Below are positions 28,915-41,800 of a DNA stretch of 64,000 nucleotides, in pieces (the stretch's first letter is position 1; each line of letters opens with the position of its first letter). The notes under the pieces were generated by a model. The model made no database searches, was not told where the DNA came from, and saw only the letters and a program-made list of their open reading frames with translations. The position numbers were made by a program, and so were the translations under genes. Source of the stretch: Selaginella moellendorffii (Eukaryota > Plantae > Lycopodiophyta); contig NW_003314283.1 of the NCBI RefSeq assembly GCF_000143415.4, positions 506,752 through 570,751 on the forward strand. The letters are read 5' to 3'.

Positions 28915-30734
28915 CCCAAGACCTGCTGCATATCATTCATAAACTTTAGAGTAGAGAACTTTAAAATAACCATAAGTTTGTTAAGATCAACTTATAAACC
29001 CTCACGAGAAATATAATACTCAAGATAATTTATGTTCTTAGACCCAAATATGCACTTCGACTACTTCAACTTTAAACCAACTTCCCGTAGCCAATCTAAC
29101 ACTTTACAAATATCACGAATGTGTTCCTCCCATATCCCCTCTGAGTGGATTAAAACATCATTGATGAAATCAGTAATCACCTCTAACATATCGCAAAGAA
29201 CTTCGTCCATCATCTACTAAAAAGTTGCTAAAGCATTGTTCAAACCAAATAGCATCACCAAGAACTTGTACAAACTAAACGGTGTATGAAAGCAGTCTTA
29301 GGAATATCTCTTTCAGCCATCTAAAAGAAAAGCGGAGCAAGAACAACAGATTTCACTTCAACACACACATTGATTCATATATGGCTGTATATATATACAA
29401 CTTCAATCAAACCGGAAATCACCAGAGATCTAATCATGATTTGGACTGCTTCTGATATGAATCCTCTTGCTTGTCGTGTTCATTATTCCTATACTCCCCC
29501 TTCAAGCTAAGGGTGCTTGACACTCCAAGTTGATTCCTCAGCTTGATGAATGTGAGCTCTGAAAGTGGCTTGGTTAGAAGGTTTGCCAACTGATACTGTG
29601 AAGGAACGTATTCCAGGTGAAGATCTCCAGCTGCTACACGTTCGCGAATGAAGTGATGCTGCACGTCTATATGTTTCGTACGAGCATGAAACACAGGAAT
29701 CTTTGACATGGGGATTGCACTTCTGCTGTTGCAATGCAGAATGGTCGCATCTGATTGCTGTTGATTGAGTTCTCCAAGTAATTGACAAAGCTAGATGATC
29801 TCCCTTGCTGCTGTACTGGCAGCTACGTACTCTGCTTCTGCACTGGAAAGAGCAACCGTCATTTGCTTCTTGCTTCCCCATGAAACCGGAGCACGAGCAA
29901 TTATGTAGAAAATTCTGGAGGTTGAATATCATGTATCCAAGTTGCCAACCCAATCTACATCGCAATAAGCTTGAACAAGTTTGGACTGACCTGAGCATTT
30001 GTAAACCAATCCATGAGCAGCTGTTCCTTTCAAATACCTCAAAACTCTCTTCACCATCTGCCAATGATAACAACTTGGAGACTGCATGTATCGGCTGAGG
30101 AGACCGATGGCAAAGGAGATGTTGGGGCGAGTCATGTTGGCGAGGTAGAGTAGTCCTCCAACAAGCGATCGGTAGACCGAGGGCTGATCAAATAAATCAT
30201 CCATCTTGCTTGTGAACTTGATGCTAGTGATGACTGGTGTAGCTACAAATTTGCAACTTGTCATGTTGAATTGGTTGAGAAGCTTCTTCACATATTGGTG
30301 CTGTGTGAGGGTGATTGTCCTGTCTACTTCATCCCTATCAACTTCCATCCCTAACAGCTGCCGCACAGCTCCTAAGTCCTTCATCACAAACCTGTCCATA
30401 AGCTTGATCTTCACATCCTTCAAAACAGTGTCGTTGTTGCTAAAAATCAAATAGTCGTTTAAGGAAATAAACTGCTATCACAACAAAGTGATCACCCTGC
30501 TGAAGAAGATATAGATTTCTATTGCTGTTCAACCTCTGCATACCGAGATCCATAAGAAAAAGGTGAGGTGAGGGGGATAAGGACACCTATGTTCCGTTGT
30601 CATGGGCTCTTGGCCGGGAGGCTAACTTAGGCACACTACTAAGTGGGGGATGCCCCTAGAGATATGGTCAACAAGTTGTAGGATTAAAAAGAGATGTTCA
30701 ATGTGGGCATCAAACTTTTTTTTATGGGTGTAGT

Positions 30735-31080
30735 TGTAAGGAACCAACTCCCTGAGGTGTCGTAAGCTAAAGGATCCCCGAAAGCACGACCGAAATGATA
30801 AAGAGTTCATCGGATGGGACCGAGTCTGAGATCAAGTCCAAGGCCGACTTTAAGACCGAGTTCGAGATAGAGTCCAAGATCGAGTCTGAGGCCGACTCCG
30901 AGACCGAGTTCGAAATCTGAGATCGGGTCTAAGATCCAAGATTGGGTCCGAGACCGAGTCCGAGGTCAAGTCCGAGGTCGAGTCCGAGATCGGGTCCGAG
31001 GTCAGGTCCGAGACCGAGTCCAAGGTTGGGTCCAAGATCAAGTTTGAGATCAAATTTGAGATCGAGTCCAAGTACTAATA
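30735..31080 (+). repeat. LTR-like start (TGTAAGGAACCAACTC...) with a 6/12-bp GAGTCCGAGAYC minisatellite; same family as 45480
   Basis: Colinear with 45480-45853. Confidence 0.75.
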
Positions 31081-32901
31081 TAGGCACCCCAAGGTACCAC
31101 CGACATATCAGCCTATTACGCTAAGGCCATGCCCATTCACCTTGGTCACATTGGTGGTCTGACACCACCTACATTATAGTCCCGTCTCTCAAAGACTGGG
31201 TCATCTGTCCATGAGTGATCATCCTAGATCCACTCCTTAACATCCTTAGGATGCCCACAAATATGGGGAATAAAGCTCTATTTCGTTAAAGTGGGATTTA
31301 TTCAGTAAAATGGGACTAGGTACAAATTTTCAAGTATTTGAAAATGACGTGAAATTATATGTTTTTTGTCCAGGGGCTAGACATATCTGGGGCATGGTGA
31401 CTAACACGGTGACTTTGTGTCCAGACTGAGTCCATCTGGTTGTATAATAAATCTCATTGTCAAGGTGAACAAGTCGAATCTGAAGCTAAAGAAGAGCGAT
31501 GGCATGCGCGCACACACTATTTGTTTGTTCATTGAGCGTGTGGTGAGCTTTCCAAGATGAACGTCATTCCTATTAGCCAGACATATAACTTAATGGTGAG
31601 AACATTTAGATATTATTCAATGTTATCTTTTTCTAACGAATCTAATTGTGAAGGTGTAGCAAGAGGCATTGCTAGTCTGGAGAAGTCATTTAACTCATTT
31701 GACCCTTAGTGTATTTTCATGAAACTAAATAACATTCATATTATTAAGGAATTTCTCTAGTACCTTTTTTTTACGACATAAAGGCTTGCATTTCTTTCAA
31801 AGGTGATTTACTAAAAGGCCTGAGGGCACATGCCATTCTATTTCTCAGACCGGTATTAAGATATACTAGTGCAAAGGGAAAAAGGTATTTGGTGATCAAG
31901 TAAATGGCATGAGGGCACACGCCATTATAAGCCTAAGCGCTAGTGGACACCTCTTTTTTGGTACTCTCAGCGGTACTATCATCCTTCTCCGGGTCAGTTG
32001 TTTTGCTTTGGATTGTTGTCTCTGACGTTACTGGGGCGTTTTCGATAGTTGTTAATGTTGCCGTTTGTTCAGAAAAATGATCACCTGGAGTATAGTACAG
32101 GGAGTTTGGAAGACTTATATATTCTACATCTTCACCTATCTCCTTCTCCGTCTCCTTTTCTGCCTCACTTACAGATTTTGTGCTTGCCATGAGAACGCTC
32201 TTCACCCTAAAATATGGAGTTCGTTGTGTTATAAAAGGAAACCAACACACACGCTGCAAGGGAATGATGGTACATAAAGCACGTAAGCCCACAATATGGG
32301 TTTATGTGCCATTAATATGGGCCACACCCCATATTATTAGATTTATGCACGTGTGATTGGTAAATGCATATGTCACATCATCTTTGTTTTACCTCACACA
32401 CTATATCAGGCCTAATGAACCATATCACATGTGCGCACATGCTATATATATGGAGAAGTATTATACAAGGATAGAAATTCAATGCATGATTGTGGAGAGC
32501 AATGGCATGAAGCCACATGCTAAATAACATTTTAGAGAAAGAATTAAAATAAAAACATGCAAACAGTACTAAGTGGACCAAGACTTAGAAGTGCACAATT
32601 GAATGAGGTATTTCTAATAAATACTTCACTCACCTCATATAGGAATGGCTACCACTCTCAAATGGCATATCGCCTCATGCCATCACCTCGCAATTTGTTA
32701 TAACAATCCGATGAATTCATATTCGGCTTGTTCACCTTGAACTTTAAGTAAGATTTGCTAGAACAACTAAGAATTTATACTTGTTATTTGTATCATCTCA
32801 CCTAGGAATGGCGTAAGGCCACATGCCATCATGCCTCCTCTAATTCAGATTCGGATTGTTCACCTTGAAATAAAATACATTAGAAACTTAGTAAAGGAAT
32901 A

Positions 32902-35900
32902 TTAATGAATCTCACCTTGAACCCGGGTTATGAATGCTCTTGCTGCATCTCTTGCATGGTCTGGCAAGGTGATGGTGGCACTCTGCTTCCGCATCCAACC
33001 ATGCACAACATTATCCACCGATATGCTCATGTTGGGATCCCTTGGATTCAGCACCCATCTCTTTTCTAGGCAATCCTTCGTATATCCGGAACTTGGCTTG
33101 AACCACTCCACAGTTACATTGAAGGAGTTAGTTTCCGCGTCCTCCTCAGCATCAGTGATGCAGCGCCCCACCCATATCATTTGTTTTTTATTACTGGGTC
33201 TGACAAGCACGACCATTCCTTTGCAGACCTGTACTGGATTGAATGCTGAATCCGGCTTCTTGTTCCTCGGCCCACAATAGTGATCCTCAACATCGTTATC
33301 TGTCACTGCATTTCCAGAGGACATTGTTCCGCTACTATCTGGTGCTCTGGGTTCTGGCCAAAAGGACTCTTCCAATTCTTCATATACAACCGGCCCATTT
33401 TGGTTAGCAGATATAATCTTCTCCCAGTATTCGAGCAAAGGCTTGCACCTCTGAAAATAGGATTCTCCACCAAACACCAACCCCCTCTTCCAGAAGGCAA
33501 TATGCTGTCTAATCCTGGCCACTATACTTTCCTGGTCTTTGAGTCCATCCGGGTGCATCGGCCGTGGGGAACCCTGAGGAATCATAAGTTCCCCAATTAT
33601 GGGATCTCTCTTGAAGAGTTCAATGCCATCCACTGGCAGCCACACTGTGTCCCATTCTCTCATCTTGTACCTCATCACTGGAGCACCGTCACACATGCTG
33701 AAATGAAACTGAAGAGGCTTGGAGTGGCCAATTAGCGTTTCGGATCCGTCCCTGATGTAGCCTCTTACAAACCCCTTAAAGTCTGGAACCTCTGTCAGAA
33801 GTGCAGCTTCAACAGTGCCTTTGATGCAATTTTGGAATTCATCGTAGAGTTGTGGGAGGGTGAGGACATTGGATCGCCGGAGGGACTCTGCCAGGTGACT
33901 GAACATGGCATCGACGTCTTCATGAGTGTGCCCAACCATGAGAAAGCCAAGTGTAACCGTTTCAAATATGCCTTTGGCAACAAGCATCGCCAAGTACGCG
34001 AAGACATACATGTTTTTGTTCTCACTGCCAGCATTGTCTGTTTGGAGCAGAAGATGGGGTGGAAGGCCACATCGGCCGCAAGAACTTCCTTGAGATTCTG
34101 CTTCGTTTGGATGAGGCTGTGCATTCACTGGGCGACCAGCCTCGTCGGAATGGCATGAGGCCTCACGTGATAACCCTACAATCTGACGGCCAACATATTC
34201 ACTGGGATGGCATGGGGCCCCACGCGATACTGCAAGCCTTTGCTCCTCCTCTAGCTGAACCCTATATGGGGTTCGATCGACAAGGGCTTTATGCAAGGGT
34301 TGGCCGTTCAGCTCAGTCTGCGCACTTTGCAGAGACCTTAAGTGTTTTGCTAGGGACGCAATCATCATGTTTGCACCCCCGCCACCCCATAGAGGTACAA
34401 AGAAGTTCCCATAGTTCTGGGCACCATGCCCATGAGCGATTATGCCAAACAGAGACACAGGCAGCTGCATGGATGAAGAGATTGCCTTGGGGGCAGGATT
34501 GAGTCGAGGTAAGCACATCTTTTTCTGGTCCATTTTGTCGTGGATGATGCAGAGGTAAGAGTCAGGTCTCTCCATGGAGAGAATCCTGTTATGATAATAT
34601 GCAGTCCTGCAGCTTCTCTGCTCGATGTTGTGGTCGAGCCGCCTTCTAACCAACGTCTCTCGCTCTTGAGCACTGCAAGAATTCTTCGACAAAGCCATTT
34701 TGATAGCAGTGCACTCGTCACACTTTGAAAAGCTGGAGTACTTTCCTATACTCACATCCCTGAACCTGTTGCTCCACAATCTACTAAATCTAGATTGGCC
34801 CAGCTTCCTGTAGCCATTACTCTGGAGTTCCCGATTCACATCTTCCAATATGGCCCCCTTGGTATACATGGAAGGGAGAACTCGTTGGGTGTCTCGTGTT
34901 CCATCTTCCAAGAGGCGGGTTTTATGTGGTTGCTGCTCGCTACATGTCTCGACAAACCTCTTGAAGATTGCCTCTCCATATACAACATGACCCCTGGTTT
35001 TGTGCGTACCGTCGTTCCCATGGACTGCCTGTTGAACCCTTTGTTCCTCGAACTCAGTTTTGATTCTGTAGAATGTGGTTCGAGGGACTCCATAAATGAT
35101 TCTCCATGCCTTCATGCAGACCAAACCCCTCTGGAAGACCATGCCCCCCACCTGATGTTCTGAAGCATCAACAGATGACCGTAATGCCTCATACACAAAA
35201 TTGTGAGCTGCCTTCCAGGACAATGTCTTGTATCTTGCTCTCTCCTCTTCAATAGCATCCCAATCAGCATGTTGACAGCACCTCCTCTTGCAACAAGCAA
35301 CTGTCGAGACCATTCGAACCTCCATCACCATTTTCTGCCTTTTCGGTTCGTTGCTCAGATCCCTTTGGCTGCGCTTTAGGAAGGTGTACTTTCTTTTCCC
35401 ATGAAGAGATGTTCTGTCATCAGTTGTAGTGGTGTTTGATTGTGAATCCTTCACATTCTCAAACATTAAGTGCCTCAATTTCCACCGCACAATGCTTCCA
35501 ATAGTCAGACTGTTTTCTTCTGTGTCAACAACCTCTAAAATCGCAACTCCAATATCATCCCAGCCCAATTCTTGATTAGCAACCGCATCTCTTGGATCGA
35601 CAACTGTGGCTAAGCCCTCAGCTACCACCTCCCCCTCGGGGTTGTTTAGAAACACCTTCGCCTGAATCCATGTAGCACGGTTCTTAAGATCCACAGAGGG
35701 AACATGCGTCGCACTTGCGCTGTCCCTAACATCTGCTTTCTTCTGAAGATTTTTCAAGGCAACAACAACATTTACCCCGACGACCATCTCTCCTCGTTCA
35801 ATAGCGACCACATTCCCATCGAAGACAGTCTCTACTGATACAGCAGCATTGCCTTCCCCAAGCCTTTGACAGTGTATAACAAAGTTCCAATTCATAGACA

Positions 35901-35970
35901 CAAGGGTCCCTTTTGCAACTCTCTTCCCACCATTCAAAATGTAAACCTTTTCCCCAACCCTGAAGGCCAT
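32902..35970 (-). CDS. Sola-like DDD transposase, 1022 aa
   Basis: CCKRRCC; VCMKAWRIIYGVPRTTFYR; FSKCDEC; putative triad IIHDKMD / LQTDNAGSENKN / FLMVGHTHEDVDAMFS; uninterrupted ORF. Confidence 0.8.
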   Translation of the reverse strand: MAFRVGEKVYILNGGKRVAKGTLVSMNWNFVIHCQRLGEGNAAVSVETVFDGNVVAIERGEMVVGVNVVVALKNLQKKADVRDSASATHVPSVDLKNRATWIQAKVFLNNPEGEVVAEGLATVVDPRDAVANQELGWDDIGVAILEVVDTEENSLTIGSIVRWKLRHLMFENVKDSQSNTTTTDDRTSLHGKRKYTFLKRSQRDLSNEPKRQKMVMEVRMVSTVACCKRRCCQHADWDAIEEERARYKTLSWKAAHNFVYEALRSSVDASEHQVGGMVFQRGLVCMKAWRIIYGVPRTTFYRIKTEFEEQRVQQAVHGNDGTHKTRGHVVYGEAIFKRFVETCSEQQPHKTRLLEDGTRDTQRVLPSMYTKGAILEDVNRELQSNGYRKLGQSRFSRLWSNRFRDVSIGKYSSFSKCDECTAIKMALSKNSCSAQERETLVRRRLDHNIEQRSCRTAYYHNRILSMERPDSYLCIIHDKMDQKKMCLPRLNPAPKAISSSMQLPVSLFGIIAHGHGAQNYGNFFVPLWGGGGANMMIASLAKHLRSLQSAQTELNGQPLHKALVDRTPYRVQLEEEQRLAVSRGAPCHPSEYVGRQIVGLSREASCHSDEAGRPVNAQPHPNEAESQGSSCGRCGLPPHLLLQTDNAGSENKNMYVFAYLAMLVAKGIFETVTLGFLMVGHTHEDVDAMFSHLAESLRRSNVLTLPQLYDEFQNCIKGTVEAALLTEVPDFKGFVRGYIRDGSETLIGHSKPLQFHFSMCDGAPVMRYKMREWDTVWLPVDGIELFKRDPIIGELMIPQGSPRPMHPDGLKDQESIVARIRQHIAFWKRGLVFGGESYFQRCKPLLEYWEKIISANQNGPVVYEELEESFWPEPRAPDSSGTMSSGNAVTDNDVEDHYCGPRNKKPDSAFNPVQVCKGMVVLVRPSNKKQMIWVGRCITDAEEDAETNSFNVTVEWFKPSSGYTKDCLEKRWVLNPRDPNMSISVDNVVHGWMRKQSATITLPDHARDAARAFITRVQGEIH

Positions 35971-37229
35971 TCTGAAAGTGCAGAAAAGAAGTTAAGACCA
36001 TACAAAAAATGATTGGAGAATGGCTTAAATCATAACATACCAAACAACCTCAATAGCATGAGGCCACATGCCATTATTCAAACATGCTATTGACACCCAC
36101 GTGAAATTTCGCATTCACAAAATTGGCATGAGGCCTCATACCATCTTGATATACACACAGCTGCAGGCAAGTAAAAATATACATGACAATACGCTAGCCA
36201 TGAAATTGCAAGGGCCCAAGATGGCATGTGGCCTCATGCCATTTCTAAATGTGGTCCTAAGCCATTCCATAGTGAACATACCAGGAAGCACAAGTGCCGA
36301 ATATCAAGAGGAAGCGGTAGCCACACCAAAGACAGTGCCGCTCGCAACACCGCAACTGCTCGTAGCGCCGCTCGCACAAACTGCCACTCGCATAAACTGC
36401 CGCTCGCAATGGCGCTCGCAATGCCGCAACCGCTCGTAGACGCATAAACCACAGCCCACAACGCCGATTACACAAGCAGCGCTCACTGCGCTCAGCGGAA
36501 CCAAGAACACGGCGCACAAAAATGATAGACCTAGGAATGAGTTCGAGAATTCAAAAATAACACACACTTGAACGTCACATCAAATCCTCTGACAAACCAG
36601 ATTTTATGATTCCTCTGACAAAACTGAGTAGCTTCTAGACTTTGCTGTCGGAGGTTGAACTTTGTCACATCATGTCCTTGCCTCGATCCAGCTGTGCCAT
36701 GTCAGTGATTCGAAGTTTGCCATGCCATGTCAGCGATCCGCACCAAGATTATTCGCCGTGTAAAGGAATAATTATGCTATGTGTGTACGTCCATTTATGG
36801 CAATATAAGGCCACACGCCATTCAAAGAATAATGCTAGTCGAGCATTTTTTGGTGCATTTTTGGGTTCAAAATTGCATGAGCCCACACGCTATAAAGTTT
36901 ACCTGTACCAAAAATAGAAACAGCTTTATTTACTTGGGAATTTAAGTGGTTGAGGCATTTTTAAACTTACAAACACATGCCCTACTTACATTCCTTTGGT
37001 TGCTTAAAATTCAAAAATATTATAAACCTTTCTTTTTGCATTTTCAATGTTTTCAATTATGGTTTTTGATTTTTGCAGGACCAGCCTAGTAATCTATTTG
37101 CATCCCGTCATGTTTATAGCTAGCTTTCGTTTGTCCCCTTCGCTAGCCTGAGATACATCTGCTTGGCATCTGCCTCTTATAGCATTTGCCCAGAAAGGGC
37201 ATCTTTCTTCACGCAGCATTTGCCACATG

Positions 37230-37262
37230 TTTAGGGTTTAGGGTTTAGGGTTTAGGGTTTAG
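37230..37262 (+). repeat. Interstitial plant telomeric repeat (TTTAGGG)4
   Basis: Four perfect units plus a partial one. Confidence 0.9.
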
Positions 37263-38859
37263 CAATTCAGTAGCTTGATAAACATGCAAATACAGAACTT
37301 GATGCAAAATCCTTTGATATGTCACAATGCCCCTAGGACCATAAACACATTTCAATAGAGAGGGTCCTTTCATTTCATAACTCCTTATATAGATCTTGGT
37401 GAAACCAGAGTTAGTGAAGTTAGTTTCTTGTGATCCCGCATCTGATTGTGATGTCCCTTTGCAGTGTCGATGGAAAGGTCAATGCACACCAAACTGTAAA
37501 ATCTTGGAGCAAAATAACGGTCGGATCTATGGCAAATGCCCCTGAAACATTGTAAGGCTGGTGTGGTCTCATGTGGTGTCTGATCGAGATGCTTCTTTGC
37601 AGAGTCATCAGGAAAGACATTGTATACCATTCTGTTAAATCTAGTTGCGATCTAACGGTTAAATCTCCAGAAAACTCAAAAAAATCTCGCGCGTGTTAGA
37701 ATATCCTAGGAATATACTCCTATGTGCCCCTGAAAATGGCATGCGGCCCCACGCCATTCAAGAGATAACGCCAGATGACGCTGAGAATTTTTTGGTGCAT
37801 TTTTTGGGTTCAAAATTGCATGAGCCCACACGCTATAAAGTTTATCTTTGCCAAATAGAGAAAAGTTTATCTGTGTCATGTGAGGTAGTTACAGTCCTTT
37901 GTGCTCGGCATCTGCCTCTTGTAGCATTTGCACTGAAAGGGAATTTTTCTCCATTCAGCATTTGGCCCTGAAAATGGCATGCGCCCACACGCCATTCAAG
38001 GAATAACGCCACAGGACGCCTGGATTTTTGGGTTTAAAATGTTTACGGTTTTTTGGGTTTTTTCAAAATATTTTGGGTCCAACGTTTTTTGGGTTTCTTT
38101 GGTTCAAAATTGCATGAGCCCACACGCTATAATATTGATTTGAGAGAAAAATAGAAACAGATAGAATTTCTTTATTTAGCTGAACATCTGGCATTTTTGG
38201 AAATACAAGATACTTTGGAATATCCAATCATACATGGTATAAATATAGCGAGGGTATTAAATGATATCCCAATCACGATCTTTCTTTTGGATTTCGCGTG
38301 CATGCAGTCCGAGGAATGATGACGTTGCGGATTTCTTTTGGATTTTGCGTGCTTGCATGCGCGCGGCAATCCAGAAATTAATGGTGGCGCCCAAGCCCGA
38401 GGAATGATGATGTGGCGGGATTACCAACCGTTGTGACATTTTGCGCGTGTGAGGTTAGGTTTTGCATTTTGCTTCGTACTCGCGCTCGCACACTCGTGCT
38501 CGCGCTCGCATCACACTCGCGCTCCCGCTCGCATCGCGCTCCCACTCGTGATCACGCTCACTTCTCTACAGGTTTCTTGTGTGCATCGGCGTCCACTCGC
38601 GCTTGCATCACACTCGCGCTCGCATCGCGCTCGTGTGCATCGGCGTCCACTTCAAGACACACCCAGTTTGTAACTTCGCCGCCAACTCCGCCGCCCACTC
38701 CGCCACCCACACGCAGCCCACTTGGCGTCCCGGGAGATTTCAGCGCCACTCTCCAACTGTAAGTGGCAGAGTAGCCTTGTTGCTACGATCCGCTGCACAC
38801 ACAGTGCACATTCGCCAGCGAGTCCGGCCTCGATTGTCACGGCCTCCATTCGGCTTCAA

Positions 38860-41800
38860 ATGGTAAGTCTTTTAGGCCAAGTAGAAAATGGCATGAGGCC
38901 ACATGCCATTCAGTAGCAACATTGGCATGCACCGATTGGGCTCTCGAGTGCAGTCCGGTTACAGATGGCATGTAGCTTCACGCCATCTTAGGATGCAGCC
39001 TCAAGACATCTGATGCAGTGGTGAATGGCGTGTGGCCTCATGTTATTTCCAGCTGCTAGCTTTTCATCTGTCAGCTCTAATTGTTGTGCATTTCTGAACA
39101 GGCGAGGAATTGCGTTCTTCTTCCAGCCACTGTCAATGTGGATGCAGAGAAGGGGGAGGAGCCCACCAGTTGGACTTTCGGGATGGAAGGCGAGGATCTG
39201 ATGCTGTACAACACAGATGGTGGGAGAAAAGAATGCATGGGGATCCTCATCCAAGTGACAGACACTCCATGCAGTTCCATGCAAGAATATGGACTGGCAC
39301 TTGTGGTAGAGACAGCGTCCGCCTTCAAGATCCACCTTGCACATCCTAGTAGCTTCCTGGAGGGGGGCAGCGGCTATGAGGAATTCCTAGAGGGAGCTAG
39401 GGAGAGGTTGTCCAGGAGGCCCACAATTTCAAAGACGCTGCGGGTCTATGAAGATCACATGGAATCCACAGACCTCACCTACGGCGATGTTCAAAAACTA
39501 TATTCCAACATTGAGTCGTTGAGAGTGCCTCCAGTTCGCGAAGCGAAGGGGAAGGGGGTCGATCTGGAAACTACTCCGAAGCAGAAAAGGGTGGTCAAGC
39601 TCAAGCCGACGTCCGACTCTCTTGCTCCAAAAAAGAAGCTACTCGGTGATGCCATTGCCTCGGGTTCGAACACTACACCCACCAAAAAGAAGAGCCGCAA
39701 AGAGCAAAAAGAGCAAGAAGAGGTAGCAAAAATCGTCGCAGATAATAGTACTTGTTACTATTCCAACAAAGTATATACAATCGACGTGAGCCGTATCGAC
39801 ATCCAAAGCAAATACAACCACAGGCTAGTATCTGATGAGTGGGTGGAGAAACTGAAGCAGAAGATGCTGGCAAGTCCAGTAACACCCGACATCGCAGACG
39901 TGATCCCCTACTACCGAACAATGAAGGGCGAGATGAGGTTTCCAGACTTGATCAATAGGAAGGTGTTGGATGATCAGAACATCCGGTTCTATGCCGTCTC
40001 CGGGCAGCATTCTAGCTTGGCGATGCAACAGATAGTTGTGGATATTATGGTGGGCGAGGAGGTGAAGAAAGTCTTCAAGACAAGAGTTGTCCGCCTGATA
40101 AAAGGCAACTCGCCCCTCCGATCTATCATATACATCTCCCACGTGCAGAATGTCAAGCAAGAAACGTGCTACAAATCGGGTCTGCACGAGACATTGGTAC
40201 GAACACGGAAGCTCTGGGTTCAACTGAAGAAGCCACAAAAACCAGGACAAGGACGTGCACTAGCAACTAGCGCCTGGCAGGTAAGCCTTGTTGCATGTGG
40301 CATAGCATGTGGCCTCACGCCATTTCCATTGCAGGAATTCTCGAGTCTTCTCTCGAAAACACTGGGGGTCAATGACACACTCAGCATCCATAACATTCTA
40401 CTCGCGACAAAAGTTGTTTTTGACAAATGGGTAGATGTCCTGAGGAGGTACCATGACGGGGAGTTGCTAAACTCAATGGGTATGGAGGACGGCCAGAAGC
40501 CCAATGATTTGAAGCTCAACGCCTTGCATTTCTCGTGGTCTCTAGACGACGACGACATTCTGACAGTGGCTAATGCTCTTCTACGTGGTGAGGTAGTCTT
40601 CAACAAGACCAAAATGACTCCCGGCCATATTGTGACATACGAAGACTTGTGCACAACTCTGAGAGCTCGTGCGCTATTGAAGGATTGGATCTTCGAGCAA
40701 GTGGCCGTGGAGAGGGTGAGCATCGACACCACGCAAGAGATGATGGAAGAGCTGGACTTGTCAAATGAAGACATCGAAGAGTACGTGAAGGGGGCCCCCA
40801 AGTTCATCGATCTGCTGCGGGATGCTACGAAAAGTAAAGTTGAGAAGTTGGATCAGTATCCAAATTTCATTAAGAGGGATGTCGACCGCCGGCTTCAGAA
40901 ACAGCTCGACCCCGCAGCAGAGGCCTATCGAGAACCTTACCGGGTATACGTGAATTCGGATGAGGATCAAAGGTGGAGGAGCATCGTTTCCCGCGGAGAT
41001 GAGCAAGTCAAGAACATCTTTTGTGTGATGGACTTCACAAACGAGGAGATCACTCATGCAGACGAAGTCAGCTCCATCATTGACTTAATGGTGGGACTTG
41101 CGGAGATGGAATCTTCAGTCCACTATATGATCTACGACTCCGAATCCTATCACAAGTTCTAGAAGGCCTTGAACGAGGTGAAGGCTCGGTTGAAAGGCAA
41201 GGAGATGCAGGAGATCCATGGGATAATGGCTAAGAAGAAGATACCGACGAATGTCTGCATCTTCACACTCACCCTTGTTATTGGTCCTGCAGCAGAGTGG
41301 GACTGGAGTGACTTCCCAACTTCGTTCGACAAGGCCGATCGAATTGATCTGAGGGAGGTCAATTTACCCATGCCTGAGGAACTGAAGACGGCTATGGAGC
41401 TTTCGAATCCAGAGAAAGCTCCAGGTGCAGCATGGGAAATGCTCAACTGGGTCTTCAACACAATAGCGGGTGACTCCAAGGGCAAATGCGTTGTCGAGTA
41501 CAACTGCGGCGGACTATTCTTTCGAGCCGCACTACTCAAGGGTGTCCCGTGTGTTGCGGTGACAAACTCCATTGAAGAGGTGACTTCAATGGAGCATATA
41601 ATTACAGTTGCCAAAGAAAAACAGTATCTTCTCTGCGAACCTGGTGAGTACGCACTTTAAGTTTAAATGTTATCTCACAAGCTCTGTATGTAGGAGCGTG
41701 GCCACCCCCAGATGCTGAAACGGCGTTAACAGCTACTGATGTTAGGCCGAGCTCACAACCTGCACAAGGTAAGGTCACGTGAGGCCTCACGCCATTTTGA

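Noticed and set aside
31933-32292. 119-aa ORF as a third transposon gene
   Set aside because: No recognisable motif and a non-ATG start; it could be a small exon but is unsupported
37230-37262. Chromosome end or healed break
   Set aside because: Only four units, internal to an intact TIR element
41160-41162. Programmed stop-codon readthrough in the accessory gene, and likewise at pol 19237
   Set aside because: Neither context matches UAG-CAR-YYA; C>T deamination is the simpler explanation
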